A stretch of 54,514 bases of DNA, from assembly GCA_039589315.1 (NCBI GenBank), contig JBDHHQ010000054.1, positions 1 through 54,514 on the forward strand, in the 5' to 3' direction. The notes beneath the pieces were generated by a model. That model worked only from the letters and a program-made list of their open reading frames with translations. It had not been told where the DNA came from and did no database searches. Position 1 is the stretch's first letter. Each line of letters starts with the position of its first letter. Source of the DNA: Gemmatimonadota bacterium. Lineage in GTDB: Bacteria > Gemmatimonadota > Gemmatimonadetes > Longimicrobiales > Gaopeijiaceae. The position numbers and the translations under genes were made by a program. Shown here piece by piece: positions 1-9,715 of the stretch.

Positions 1-2070
1 GGGTTCGTGGACGGGGTGAACGCCCGGGTGCGGGAGGCGCTCGACGACAGGTCGCTCCGCTCCGTGGAGTTCGAGATCCTGGGGATGGAGCCGGGACTGT
101 GGACGCCTGCCGTCGTGATCTCCCGACATCAAGGCCTCCTCGGCAACATCGGCGACGAGCTGCGCGTGGGCCGTGCCGTGGCCCGGTCGGGCCCCGACGC
201 CGTCGAGCGCGTGTCCTGGTTCCATCCGGGGGAGCCGGAGCTGGCGCTTCACGAGAGCATCGACGGGGATCTCCTGTTCGACGACATCCTGGGGCTGTAC
301 GACGCGTTTCGGGATGGCGTCCGGTTCAGCCCCGACGACATCGCGCCGGGGTTTCGGCGGGCCGCTCTCGACGCGGCGGATCCGGCGGTGCGCCTCTCCG
401 GCGACGCCCGGGCCCCCGACCCCCTCGGCGGCATGCCGGTGGTGAACGCCGAGGACCTGGGGAGCAACAACTGGGTGGTCAGTGGCCGGCTTACCGAGAG
501 CGGCTATCCCATCATGGCCAACGATCCCCACCGGGCTCAGGCAGCGCCGTCACTCCGTTACGTGGTGCACCTGAACGGGCCCGGATGGAACGTCGTGGGC
601 GGGGGTGAGCCCACGATCCCCGGGGTGTCCATCGGCCACAACGACTACGGTGCCTGGGGGCTCACGGTCTTCCGAACGGACGGCGAGGATCTGTATGTCT
701 ACGACACCCATCCCGATGACCCCACGCGCTACCGGTACGGCGACGGGTGGGAGCGCATGACCCTCATCACCGAGTCCATCGCCGTCGAAGGCGCGGACGA
801 CGTTGAGGTCGAGCTGCGCTACACCCGCCACGGCCCCATCGTGTACGAGGACACCGACCATCACAAGGCCTACGCGGTCCGGGCGGCGTGGATGGAGATC
901 GGCGGCGCCCCCTATCTGGCCAGCCTGCGCATGGACCAGGCCACCTCGTGGGAGGAGTTCCGGGATGCCTGCACCTACAGCAACATCCCGGGCGAGAACA
1001 TGATCTGGGCCGGCCGCGACGGAACCATCGGATGGCAGTCGGTGGGCATTGCCCCGATCCGACGCACCTGGAGCGGCCTCGTGCCCGTGCCGGGTGACGG
1101 CCGCTACGAATGGGACGGGTATCTGCCCATCGCCGAGAAGCCCCACGCCGTGGATCCCTCGGAGGAGTTCTTCGCCACGGCCAACAACAACCTCACGCCG
1201 CCGGACTACCCCCACATGGACGCCATCGGATTCAGCTGGTCCGACCCGTACCGGTGGGCCCGCGTCAGCGAGGTTCTGGCGTCAGGCCGACGGCTGTCCA
1301 TGGCCGACATGATGCGCCTGCAGACCGACGTCCTATCCATCCCGGCCCGGACACTGGTGCCTCTGCTCGAGCAGGTCGTGATCCACAACCCGGCGGTGGA
1401 ACGCGCCCGTCTTCGGCTCGTCGAGTGGGACTACCGGTTGGAGGCCACGTCGGTCGAGGCCGGCATCTACGCAGGCTGGGAGCGGCAGCTACGCCGGGCC
1501 GTGCACGAGGTCATGGTGCCTCCCGCCGTGCGGGAGTGGGTCCCCACCATCCCGATGAAGAAGGTGGTCGACTGGATGCTGGTGCCGCCGGGCGAGCTGG
1601 GCACGGACCCGCTGGCTGCCCGTGACGCCCTGCTCGTCGAGAGCCTGATCCGGGCGGTGGCAGAGCTCACGGACCGCTTCGGTGGCGAGCCCAGCGCCTG
1701 GGTGTACGGACAGGCTGAGTACAAGCACGCGACGATCCGTCACCCCCTGTCGCAGGCGGTGGACGACGCCACCCGGCAGCGCCTGGACGTGGGGCCCGCG
1801 CCACGCGGCGGGAACTCCTACACCGTGAACAACACCGGCGAGGGGGACAACCAGACGTCCGGCGCGTCGTTCAGGATCATCGTGGACACGTCGGACTGGG
1901 ATCTGACGGTGGCGGCCAACAACCCCGGCCAAGGGGGTGATCCCGACGGCCCCCACTACGACGATCTCTTCGACCTGTGGGCCAGCGACCGGTTCTTCCC
2001 GCTCCCCTATTCCCGCGGGGCCGTCGAAGCGGCCACCGGTAGCCGGCTGGTGCTGGCACCCGGGCGGTAG
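1..2070 (+). CDS. Penicillin acylase family Ntn-hydrolase (peptidase S45), 5'-truncated by the window edge
   Basis: GSNNW autoprocessing motif followed by ANDPH, IGHN, TRHGP and NPGQGG. The frame is open to the window start. Confidence 0.92.
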   Translation, partial: GFVDGVNARVREALDDRSLRSVEFEILGMEPGLWTPAVVISRHQGLLGNIGDELRVGRAVARSGPDAVERVSWFHPGEPELALHESIDGDLLFDDILGLYDAFRDGVRFSPDDIAPGFRRAALDAADPAVRLSGDARAPDPLGGMPVVNAEDLGSNNWVVSGRLTESGYPIMANDPHRAQAAPSLRYVVHLNGPGWNVVGGGEPTIPGVSIGHNDYGAWGLTVFRTDGEDLYVYDTHPDDPTRYRYGDGWERMTLITESIAVEGADDVEVELRYTRHGPIVYEDTDHHKAYAVRAAWMEIGGAPYLASLRMDQATSWEEFRDACTYSNIPGENMIWAGRDGTIGWQSVGIAPIRRTWSGLVPVPGDGRYEWDGYLPIAEKPHAVDPSEEFFATANNNLTPPDYPHMDAIGFSWSDPYRWARVSEVLASGRRLSMADMMRLQTDVLSIPARTLVPLLEQVVIHNPAVERARLRLVEWDYRLEATSVEAGIYAGWERQLRRAVHEVMVPPAVREWVPTIPMKKVVDWMLVPPGELGTDPLAARDALLVESLIRAVAELTDRFGGEPSAWVYGQAEYKHATIRHPLSQAVDDATRQRLDVGPAPRGGNSYTVNNTGEGDNQTSGASFRIIVDTSDWDLTVAANNPGQGGDPDGPHYDDLFDLWASDRFFPLPYSRGAVEAATGSRLVLAPGR

Positions 2071-3227
2071 CGCGTTCGACCCTCGACACGGGCCGACCGC
2101 CGCGCCGCGGGGGGCTGGGCGGGGGTCGGAGAGCGCGAGGGCTCGGCCACGTTCGGGCTGCCGCCCTCTCGCAACCAGCGCCGGGGCTTCACGGTCGCGT
2201 CGCGCTGCTCCGATCGCAGGCGGAACCAGCGGGCCACCAGCAGGATCTCGGCCGCTTCGTGGGCTTTGAGTCCGGCCGGACCCGGGTCGCCCTGGCGGAA
2301 CACCTGGCGGACCCTGGCCGCGGTAGCGGCTCGTTCGAGGTCGGTCGTGGGCGCCGGCAGCTCTTCACGGATCGTGCCCCTTCGGATCAGGTAGAGGCGG
2401 TCGTCGCCCTCGAACCCGGGCACGACGTAGACGAAGGAGAGGCTCTCCACCTGTCCCCGGAACGCCAGCAGCTCCTCCCGGAACCGGCGAAGCCGGTCGC
2501 CCCGCTCCCGGAGGATGGCCGCATACTCGAAGTCCAGGCGCCCGGCGGCTTCACGCATGGCCCGGTCCACCCTACGAACGGGCTCGACGCCGGATCCGTC
2601 GAGGAAGTCCCGGGCCTGGCGGACCCTCTCCCGGTACGCCTCCGCGTCGGCTCGGCCGCAGCACGGAGCCAGGCACGTGCCCAGGTCCGCCCGCAGGCAG
2701 CCCGGCGTGCGGTCTGGGCTCCAGAGGTCGAGCTGGTCCGCGAAATGGACCGGCGTGGTCGCTGGGCAATCCCTCAGCTCCAACGCCTGGCCCAGCTCCC
2801 TGACGGTCTGAGCGACACGCCCCACGGCCGGGAAGGGACCGTAATAGGTGGCACCGTCCTCGACGACGCGTGTGACCGGCAGCACCCGGGGCGCCCGCTC
2901 GCGGGTGATCTTGACGAAGGCGTACCGGCGCTTGCGCCTGTGCTGGACGTTGTACTCGGGCTGGGATCGCTGAATGAGCTTCATCTCCCGCACGAGCGCC
3001 GCGAACTCGTTGGGCACGTACTCCCACACGATCTGGCGCGTCTCGCGGATCAGCTCCGATGCCTTGTCGCTCCGGTCTGCCCGGAAGTAGGAAAGGAGCC
3101 GCCCTCGTACACGGATGGACTTGCCGACGTAGAGCACCTCGTGGTCCCTTCCGATCATCCGGTACACGCCGGGCCGGTTCTGGGCATGGGCCCGTACGTA
3201 GTCGCGGAGCGGGCTGTCTTCGGGCAC
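2007..3227 (-). CDS. GIY-YIG excinuclease with UvrB/UvrC-binding motif (Cho-like, UvrC N-terminal half)
   Basis: PGVYRM...LYVGKS..VRGRLLSYF, PEYNV, YYGPF, a Cys cluster, and MREAAGRLDFEYAAILR. No RNase H or HhH C-terminus. GTG start at 3227 is inferred. Confidence 0.85.
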   Translation of the reverse strand: MPEDSPLRDYVRAHAQNRPGVYRMIGRDHEVLYVGKSIRVRGRLLSYFRADRSDKASELIRETRQIVWEYVPNEFAALVREMKLIQRSQPEYNVQHRRKRRYAFVKITRERAPRVLPVTRVVEDGATYYGPFPAVGRVAQTVRELGQALELRDCPATTPVHFADQLDLWSPDRTPGCLRADLGTCLAPCCGRADAEAYRERVRQARDFLDGSGVEPVRRVDRAMREAAGRLDFEYAAILRERGDRLRRFREELLAFRGQVESLSFVYVVPGFEGDDRLYLIRRGTIREELPAPTTDLERAATAARVRQVFRQGDPGPAGLKAHEAAEILLVARWFRLRSEQRDATVKPRRWLREGGSPNVAEPSRSPTPAQPPAARRSARVEGRTRYRPGASTSRLPVAASTAPRE

Positions 3228-3274
3228 GGCGTGGGGTCCGAGGCGAGGGAGCGGAGAACGACCGTAGCGTGTGT

Positions 3275-3299
3275 TTTCGCTTTTTGTTCGGGTAATGTA
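3275..3299 (-). promoter_or_regulatory. Putative -10 (TACATT) with an adjacent LexA-like direct repeat GAAC-N7-GAAA
   Basis: The minus strand reads TACATT-accc-GAACaaaaagcGAAA in an AT-rich patch upstream of the GIY-YIG gene. Confidence 0.45.
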
Positions 3300-3457
3300 G
3301 GGCGCGCGCGGCGAGCGACGCCAGCCTTTTCTTCTCGGGCGCGATCGGCCAGGATGCCAGAGGACCGAGTATGGGATGGATGGGTGCCCAGTAGGTCGTG
3401 GGGCGCGCGCACGCGACGCCACAGGAGACTTCCGCTTCAGACGGGGGATGACCTGAC

Positions 3458-3793
3458 GTGAGCTCGGACGGGGCCTACGAGCGCTTCACGCCGGAGGCGG
3501 TCAGGGCGATGGCGGACGCGGAGCCGGGTACCTGGTCGCAGCTGCGCGCGGACGTCGAGGGGTGGCTTCTGCACCTGATCCAGGAGGGTGGGCTGGAGGA
3601 GCTGCGACGAGGGGTGAAACAGCTGAACGATTCGGGCTTCGGTTTCCGGGAGGAGTCGGCTACGGAAGCCCAGCTGACCTTCACGGCACCTCTGCCCGGC
3701 GCCGAGTCGACCATCCGGATCATGGGGTCATCGACGCCGGCACTGGTCTCCGCGGACGTCTCGATCGGCCCGCCAGGTCCGGGACGGTCGTGA
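3458..3793 (+). CDS. Hypothetical protein (111 aa)
   Basis: Protein-like composition and codon bias. GTGA overlap with the sirtuin start. Confidence 0.6.
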   Translation: MSSDGAYERFTPEAVRAMADAEPGTWSQLRADVEGWLLHLIQEGGLEELRRGVKQLNDSGFGFREESATEAQLTFTAPLPGAESTIRIMGSSTPALVSADVSIGPPGPGRS

Positions 3794-4530
3794 AGCCCGG
3801 AGCGCTCCTTCAGGAGGCCGAGCGTATCCTGGTGCTGACTGGGGCGGGGATCTCGGCCGAGTCGGGGCTCCCCACCTACCGGGGCGTAGGCGGACTCTAC
3901 ACCCAGGGGCCGAGCCCGGAGGGGTACGAGATCGAGGAGATTCTGTCAGGATCCATGTGGCGTCGCAGTCCGGCGCTGGTCTGGCGCTACATCCGCGAGC
4001 TCGCTCTGGCGAGCGAAGGCGCCGAGCCCAACGCCGCCCATCGGGTCATCGCCGAGCTGGAGGACACCTTCACCGTCCTCACCGTGACGCAGAACGTGGA
4101 CGGCCTGCACGCACGCGCAGGGAGCGAAGCGTTGGTGGAGCTCCATGGGAACGTCCTCCGCTTGCGCTGCGAGGCCTGTCCCCACCACGGTCAGATCTCC
4201 AGCTACCGAGCGCTGCCCCACCCTCCGCCGTGCCCGCTCTGCTCGAGGCCCCTGAGACCGGACGTCGTTCTGTTCGAGGAGCTGCTGGATCCCGGGGATC
4301 TCGACCGCATGGGCGCCTTCGTGGACGGAGGGGTGGACCTGGCCCTGGTCGTGGGCACGACGGCCCAGTTCCCCTACCTCCTGGAGCCCATCTGGCGCAT
4401 TGCCGCCAAGGGAGGCCGGATCGTGGAGATCAACCCGGACCCGGTGCTGCCGAAGGGAATCGTGACGACGACGGTAGCCCGTGGAGCGGCTCGGGCGCTG
4501 CCAGCCCTCTTGAGGGAGGTCGGTCGATGA
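3790..4530 (+). CDS. cobB: NAD-dependent protein deacylase (Sir2/CobB family)
   Basis: TGAGISAESGLPTYRG, TQNVDGLH, ELHG, CxxC...CxxC zinc motif, RPDVVLF, GTTA, EINP. Confidence 0.9.
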   Translation: MKPGALLQEAERILVLTGAGISAESGLPTYRGVGGLYTQGPSPEGYEIEEILSGSMWRRSPALVWRYIRELALASEGAEPNAAHRVIAELEDTFTVLTVTQNVDGLHARAGSEALVELHGNVLRLRCEACPHHGQISSYRALPHPPPCPLCSRPLRPDVVLFEELLDPGDLDRMGAFVDGGVDLALVVGTTAQFPYLLEPIWRIAAKGGRIVEINPDPVLPKGIVTTTVARGAARALPALLREVGR

Positions 4531-4751
4531 CCGGAGTCTCCGTGGCCCCGAAGACCCATCCCAGCACCCAGGAAGCCCTGTCGCGAGTCGAAGGGCACCG
4601 CTTCTTCCGGTCCCCTTACATCGGGCGGCACGGATGGGTGTCACTCTGGGCCGAGACCCGGCTCGACCCCGCAGAGTTGGGCGACCTGGTGACGGAGGCG
4701 TATGAGCAGGTGGCGCCGAAGCACCTGCTGCGCAGCTCGAGAGGGGACTGA
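4527..4751 (+). CDS. MmcQ/YjbR family protein, short and apparently N-terminally truncated
   Basis: RFFRSPYIGRHGWVSL...ELGDLVTEAYEQVAPK resembles the YjbR C-terminal half. ATGA overlap with the cobB stop. Confidence 0.65.
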   Translation: MTGVSVAPKTHPSTQEALSRVEGHRFFRSPYIGRHGWVSLWAETRLDPAELGDLVTEAYEQVAPKHLLRSSRGD

Positions 4752-4761
4752 GGAGCGACCC

Positions 4762-5565
4762 ATGTACGAACGCATCGTGTGCCTCACGGAGGAGACGACC
4801 GAGGCGCTGTACCTCATGAAGGAGGACTGGCGCATCGTCGGAATCTCCGGCTTCACGGTTCGACCTCCCCGGGCCCGGAAGGAAAAGCCGAAGGTCTCGG
4901 CTTTCACGAGTGCCAAGATCGATCGCATCGTACGGTTGAAGCCGGACCTCGTCCTGGGCTTCTCCGACCTCCAGGCCGACATCGCCCGCGACCTGATCCG
5001 CGCAGGCATCGAGGTTCACGTCTTCAACCACCGCAGCGTGGCGGAGATCCTCCGGACGGTGCGGGCGCTGGGCGGCATGATCGGAGAGGCGGAGAAGGGC
5101 GAGCGGCTGGCTGCGGAGCTGGAGGGCAACCTCGACCGCATCCGGGAGCGCGCGTCGGAGTTCAGGGTTCGCCCCCGGGTGTACTTCGAGGAGTGGATGG
5201 ACCCGCTCATCACCGGGATCCGCTGGGTCTCGGAGTTGGTCGAGTGTGCGGGCGGGGAGGATTGCTTTCCCGAGAAGGCCTGCGAGCCACTGGCGAAGGA
5301 CCGGATCATCGCGGACCCCCTGGACGTCGTGAGGCGCGCGCCCGACATCATCATCGGCTCCTGGTGCGGGAGGAAGTTCAGGCCGGAGCGTGTGCTCGCG
5401 AGAGAGGGTTGGAGGGAGTTGCCGGCGATCAGGGCCGGTGAGGTCCACGAGATCAAGTCACCCTTGATCCTCCAGCCGGGTCCCGCGGCCCTGACGGACG
5501 GCGTCGAGGCGATCCATGCTCTCGTGGCCGATTGGGTCTCCCGCCGGGAGGATCGACCCGTGTGA
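4762..5565 (+). CDS. Cobalamin-binding/BtuF-like helical-backbone binding protein without a signal peptide
   Basis: RIVCLTEETTE, PDLVLGFSDLQ, YFEEW.DP.I.GI.WVSEL, ILQPGPAAL. AGGAG RBS. Confidence 0.85.
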   Translation: MYERIVCLTEETTEALYLMKEDWRIVGISGFTVRPPRARKEKPKVSAFTSAKIDRIVRLKPDLVLGFSDLQADIARDLIRAGIEVHVFNHRSVAEILRTVRALGGMIGEAEKGERLAAELEGNLDRIRERASEFRVRPRVYFEEWMDPLITGIRWVSELVECAGGEDCFPEKACEPLAKDRIIADPLDVVRRAPDIIIGSWCGRKFRPERVLAREGWRELPAIRAGEVHEIKSPLILQPGPAALTDGVEAIHALVADWVSRREDRPV

Positions 5566-5710
5566 GAGCGAAGTGCGTAGAACCAGCGGGATCGATGCGG
5601 GACACGGGTCGACCCGGAAGGAGGAGCGAGGGTTGCAGGAAGAGCGAAGGTGGCGGGAGGCGGCGGGGACCACGGGTGGAGCGAGCGTTGGGCTACCAAA
5701 GGAGACGTGC

Positions 5711-6172
5711 ATGGATGAGCAGGCATACCTCACGGACCGGGTCGACGATCAGATCGACTGGATGTCTGCGAAGGCAGGGCGTAACCAGAAGTGGTTCCGG
5801 AGGCTTCGGCTGATCGAGTTGGCCGCCGCCGCGTCGATCCCCTTCGGGGCCGGGCTCATCCGGGAGCCCGGCGATGCCTTCGCGCTTTCGGTCGGGCTAC
5901 TGGGCGTAGCCGTTGCGGTTATCGCGGGCGTGATGAGCCTCTTCCAGTTCCAGGAGACGTGGGTGGAGTACCGCCAGACCGCCGAGCGCCTGAAGCGGGA
6001 GAAGTACGTCTTCCTGACGCGCACCGAGCCCTACGACGGCGAGGATCGCCTGCACGTCTTCGTGCAGAGGGTGGAAGCCGCGCTCTCGGACGAGCGGTCC
6101 TCGTGGAGCGAGCGCACGGCCGCGACGGGGGCCGAGCCCGTGTCTGGCGAAGAGGAAGGCGAGGGTCCGTAG
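5711..6172 (+). CDS. DUF4231 (SLATT-like) two-TM protein
   Basis: YLTDRVDDQIDW, two hydrophobic segments, then FQETWVEYRQTAERLKREKY.F. GGAG RBS. Confidence 0.82.
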   Translation: MDEQAYLTDRVDDQIDWMSAKAGRNQKWFRRLRLIELAAAASIPFGAGLIREPGDAFALSVGLLGVAVAVIAGVMSLFQFQETWVEYRQTAERLKREKYVFLTRTEPYDGEDRLHVFVQRVEAALSDERSSWSERTAATGAEPVSGEEEGEGP

Positions 6173-6274
6173 CCGGCGGCTCCCGGCCCGGAGCGGCCCG
6201 GCTTTCGCACACCGCGCCCCGGCCCCTACGTTGCCCCCGGTAACGCACGCAACGGAGGACCCGGGAGCGTCCCC

Positions 6275-8908
6275 ATGAAAGCCATGTCTCTAGCCCGACC
6301 GTTCACGGGGCTGGCCGCGATTCTCGTCGTCGCAGCCGCCTCCCTCGCCGCCCAAGCCCCCGACGTGCCCAGCCCGGAGGAGTTCTTCGGCTTCCGCATG
6401 GGGGCCGACCGGCAGCTGGCGCGCTGGGACAAGCTCGTGGAGTACTACGAGCTGCTGGGGCAGGCGAGCGACCGCCTGGAGGTCGTGAACATGGGTCCCA
6501 CCACCCTGGGGAACCCCTTCCTGGCCCTCTACTTCTCGTCGCCCGCCAACCTGACACGGCTCGACGATCTGAAGCGCATGAACGCCACCCTCAGCGACCC
6601 CCGCGGTGCGTCCATGGCCGAGGTCGACGACGCCATCGACAACGGGCGAGCGGTCATCGTACAGTCCATGTGCCTCCACTCCACCGAGGTCGCGGCCGGG
6701 CAGACGGCTGCGGAGCTGGCCTACGACATGGTCACCCGAACCGACGAGGAGATGGTCCGGATCATGGAGAACACCGTGGGGATCATGATCCCGTGCTTCA
6801 ATCCCGACGGGCAGATCATGGTGGCCGACTGGTACCACGAGTGGGTGGGGACCGAGTACGAAGGCGCGGGCCCACCGTCGCTCTACCACCACTACATCGG
6901 CCATGACAACAACCGCGATGCGTTCATGCAGAACACCGTGGAGTCGCAGTACGGCGCGGAGATCATCTTCCGGGAGTGGATTCCGCAAGCGTACGTCGAC
7001 CACCACCAGATGGGCTCCTACACGGCGCGCATCTATCTGCCCCCGTACGCAGAGCCGGTACGGCCCGAGGGCGATCCGCTGGTGTGGCGGGAGATGTCGT
7101 GGTATGGCGCCCACATGGCGTACAAGATGGAGGAGGAGGACCTGGAGGGGGCGGTGAACGCCGCCATCTACTCCGGCTGGGGCCACTTCGGCTTCCACTG
7201 GATCACGCCGTTCCACAACATCGCCGGGATGCTCACGGAATCGGCCAGCGCCCGTTTGGCTACGCCCCTCTACGTGCACCCCGAGCAGCTCGGCGGATCT
7301 CGGCAGCTCCCCGAGTACGAGGAGCAGACCACCTTCCCGAACCCCTGGGCCGGCGGCTGGTGGACCGTCAGAGATATCGTCGAGCGGCAGAAGGTGGCGT
7401 ACCTCGCCACGCTGGACATCGCCGCCCGCAACCGGGAGACCGTGCTCCGGAACGCGTACCTGAAGGCCAAGCGGCAGACCGAGCGAGGCCTCGAGGGGGA
7501 GGTCAAGGCCTTTGTGATTCCCGCCGAGCAGCATGATCCCCTGACGATGAAGCACATGGTGAACAAGCTGCTGGCTCAGGGCGTCGAGGTGCAGCGGGCG
7601 ACAGGGCAGTTCGTCCACGACGGTCGGATCTATGGCGCCGGCACCTACGTGGTGACCATGGCGCAGCCGAAGCGAGGCGTGATCCGCTGGCTGCTGGGCC
7701 AGACCTACTATCCGGACAACAGCTACACCCGGGACCGGGAAGGCAACCCCATACGGCCGTACGACATGTCCACCGACAACATGGCCGAGTTCATGGGCGT
7801 CCGGGTGGACCCGGTGAGCAGCGCCGTAGAGACACCGCTGGCGGTGGTGGACGGCTGGCTCGACCCGGTGGGCCAGGTGACTGCCGGTGCCCACGGGTAC
7901 GTCCTGGACGGTCGCCAGAACGCGGCCTTCAAGGCCGTCAACCTGTTGTGGGACGAGGGCGTAGGCGTGAGCCGCGTGGCGGAGCCCCTGGGCGACCTGC
8001 GACCCGGCGACTTCGTGGTCGGCGCTGGTGCCCCGCCTGCGGTCCTCTCCGAGACGGCCAGCGCCACCGGAGTGGACTTCGAGGCGCTCGAGACGGATCC
8101 GGCGAGCGTGAGCCGGCCGCTCAGCCGCCTGCGCGTCGGCATGTATCAGCGGTACCTGGGCGGCAACATGGACGAAGGCTGGACTCGCTGGCTGCTCGAG
8201 GACTTCGCCTTCCCCTGCACGTCGCTCAAGGACGCGGAGATCCAAGCGGGCGACCTGATCCGTGACTACGACGTGATCATCCTGCCGGCTGATCGGTGGA
8301 ATCGCATGACTGGCGAGCCGGGGCCAACCGGACGGGGCGGCGACCCCGAGCAGTATCCGCCCGAGTACCGAAGCGGATTCGGCCAGTCCGGCGTCGATGC
8401 TCTCGAGACGTTCGTCGAGGCCGGCGGCACGCTGGTCACATTCGCCGAGGCAGGGTCTCTTCCCATCGAGAAGTTCGACCTGCCCGTGCGAAACGCTCTC
8501 GAGGGGCTGTCGTCGACGGAGTTCTGGTCGCCGGGATCGACCCTCCACGTGAAGGTCCACAACGACCATCCCCTGGCGCATGGCATGCCCGAGGAGGCCC
8601 TGGCCGCCTTCCTGGCCAACAACCAGGTGTACGAGGTCGTGCCGGGCCGAAAGAACCACACCGTGACCCGGATCGTCGAGTTCGGCGAGCGGGACATCCT
8701 CCAGAGTGGCTGGCTGCTGGGCGAGGAACGGATCGCGGGGAAAGCCACCGTCGTATCCGTGGATCACGGAGAGGGCCAGGTGGTCTTGATCGGATTCAGG
8801 GCGCAGCATCGGGCGCAGACGCACGGGACCTTCAAGCTCGTCTTCAACGTGCTGGTCACCGGTCACGACACGGCGGGCGCCGTGGCGGTTGACGGCGGAG
8901 GGAGCTGA
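6275..8908 (+). CDS. Secreted M14 zinc carboxypeptidase family protein
   Basis: Signal peptide, LHSTE, NPDG, HDNNRD, DHHQMG. C-terminal glutamine-amidotransferase-like region (MDEGWTRW). Confidence 0.92.
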   Translation: MKAMSLARPFTGLAAILVVAAASLAAQAPDVPSPEEFFGFRMGADRQLARWDKLVEYYELLGQASDRLEVVNMGPTTLGNPFLALYFSSPANLTRLDDLKRMNATLSDPRGASMAEVDDAIDNGRAVIVQSMCLHSTEVAAGQTAAELAYDMVTRTDEEMVRIMENTVGIMIPCFNPDGQIMVADWYHEWVGTEYEGAGPPSLYHHYIGHDNNRDAFMQNTVESQYGAEIIFREWIPQAYVDHHQMGSYTARIYLPPYAEPVRPEGDPLVWREMSWYGAHMAYKMEEEDLEGAVNAAIYSGWGHFGFHWITPFHNIAGMLTESASARLATPLYVHPEQLGGSRQLPEYEEQTTFPNPWAGGWWTVRDIVERQKVAYLATLDIAARNRETVLRNAYLKAKRQTERGLEGEVKAFVIPAEQHDPLTMKHMVNKLLAQGVEVQRATGQFVHDGRIYGAGTYVVTMAQPKRGVIRWLLGQTYYPDNSYTRDREGNPIRPYDMSTDNMAEFMGVRVDPVSSAVETPLAVVDGWLDPVGQVTAGAHGYVLDGRQNAAFKAVNLLWDEGVGVSRVAEPLGDLRPGDFVVGAGAPPAVLSETASATGVDFEALETDPASVSRPLSRLRVGMYQRYLGGNMDEGWTRWLLEDFAFPCTSLKDAEIQAGDLIRDYDVIILPADRWNRMTGEPGPTGRGGDPEQYPPEYRSGFGQSGVDALETFVEAGGTLVTFAEAGSLPIEKFDLPVRNALEGLSSTEFWSPGSTLHVKVHNDHPLAHGMPEEALAAFLANNQVYEVVPGRKNHTVTRIVEFGERDILQSGWLLGEERIAGKATVVSVDHGEGQVVLIGFRAQHRAQTHGTFKLVFNVLVTGHDTAGAVAVDGGGS

Positions 8909-9070
8909 CGGCGGCAGCGTGGGACTGACCGGTCGCCCTGGACGCGCGGCGGGCCGTGGGCAGGCCGTAGGCGCTCCCCAACAATCCACGTCCTCGGCCC
9001 GTCCAAGGGAATGAGGCGCCTCCCGTCCCGGAGCGGCTCGTCACCCCGACGGAGGGCTGCCGCAAGATGA

Positions 9071-9563
9071 GCGTGGTCTTTCTCGCTGTGTCCCTGGCGG
9101 TGGGAGGAGGGGCTGGCCACCTATCTTCAGCTTCTCATGAGGGAGGAGCTTGATGGACGGAGGGTGCTCGCCGACCGGATCGCCGGGTACGAGACGCGGT
9201 ACCGTCCCGCAGTGGCGGCTGGCGACCCGGTAGCGCGCTTCCCGCTGGCGCGGTACGGTCAGGAAGGTATGACCGGCCATGCCTACCGGGTCGGCGCCCT
9301 CATGTTCTTCGCTCCACGAGATCGTCGGAGACGCAGCCTTCGGCCGGATCGTCGGCGGCTACTACCGTACCCATGCCGATGGCGAAGGTACGTCTCAGGC
9401 GTTCGTCAGCTTCGCCGACGGGCAGACCCCCGTCGACCTGGAGTCGTTCTTCCGCCACTGGCTCTTCACCACCGAGTGGGCCGATGCTCTGTCCCAGGGA
9501 GCGTCGGTGGCCGACTTCGTGGCGTCATATGGACGGGAGGGGGAGCCCGGCCCGGCTCGGTAA
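9071..9563 (+). pseudogene. C-terminal remnant of an M1/gluzincin aminopeptidase with a frameshift
   Basis: WEEGLATYL...AYRVGALMFF in one frame continues as LHEIVGDAAF...DLESFFRHWL in another (shift near 9311). In-frame TGA at 9068 and no HExxH upstream. Confidence 0.65.
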
Positions 9564-9715
9564 TCGGAGTGCGGGGGGCTGCGAGGCCTGCTCGGTAGCC
9601 GGATTGCGGTACGTCGCTGGCTCTCCTAGCGTCGGCATGAGCGAGCGGCGCTCCGGACTTCGTGGCCGCGGTCCGGACCGCCTCTCGGGAGTCGTTCCGG
9701 CACACGAGGTGTCCC

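Noticed and set aside
2007..2070. 64-bp convergent overlap of the acylase and nuclease genes
   Set aside because: It is explained by a low-complexity C-terminal run-on, which is common in GC-rich genomes.
3790..6172. Sir2 plus DUF4231 as an anti-phage system
   Set aside because: The sirtuin has the zinc-binding CobB deacylase architecture rather than the defence SIR2_2 type, and the two genes are not adjacent.
6290..8989. Long antisense or alternate-frame ORFs (e.g. 899 aa here, also 10914-12713, 28470-30419, 41856-44108)
   Set aside because: These are shadow ORFs expected from high-GC codon bias. They have no recognisable motifs and overlap well-supported genes.
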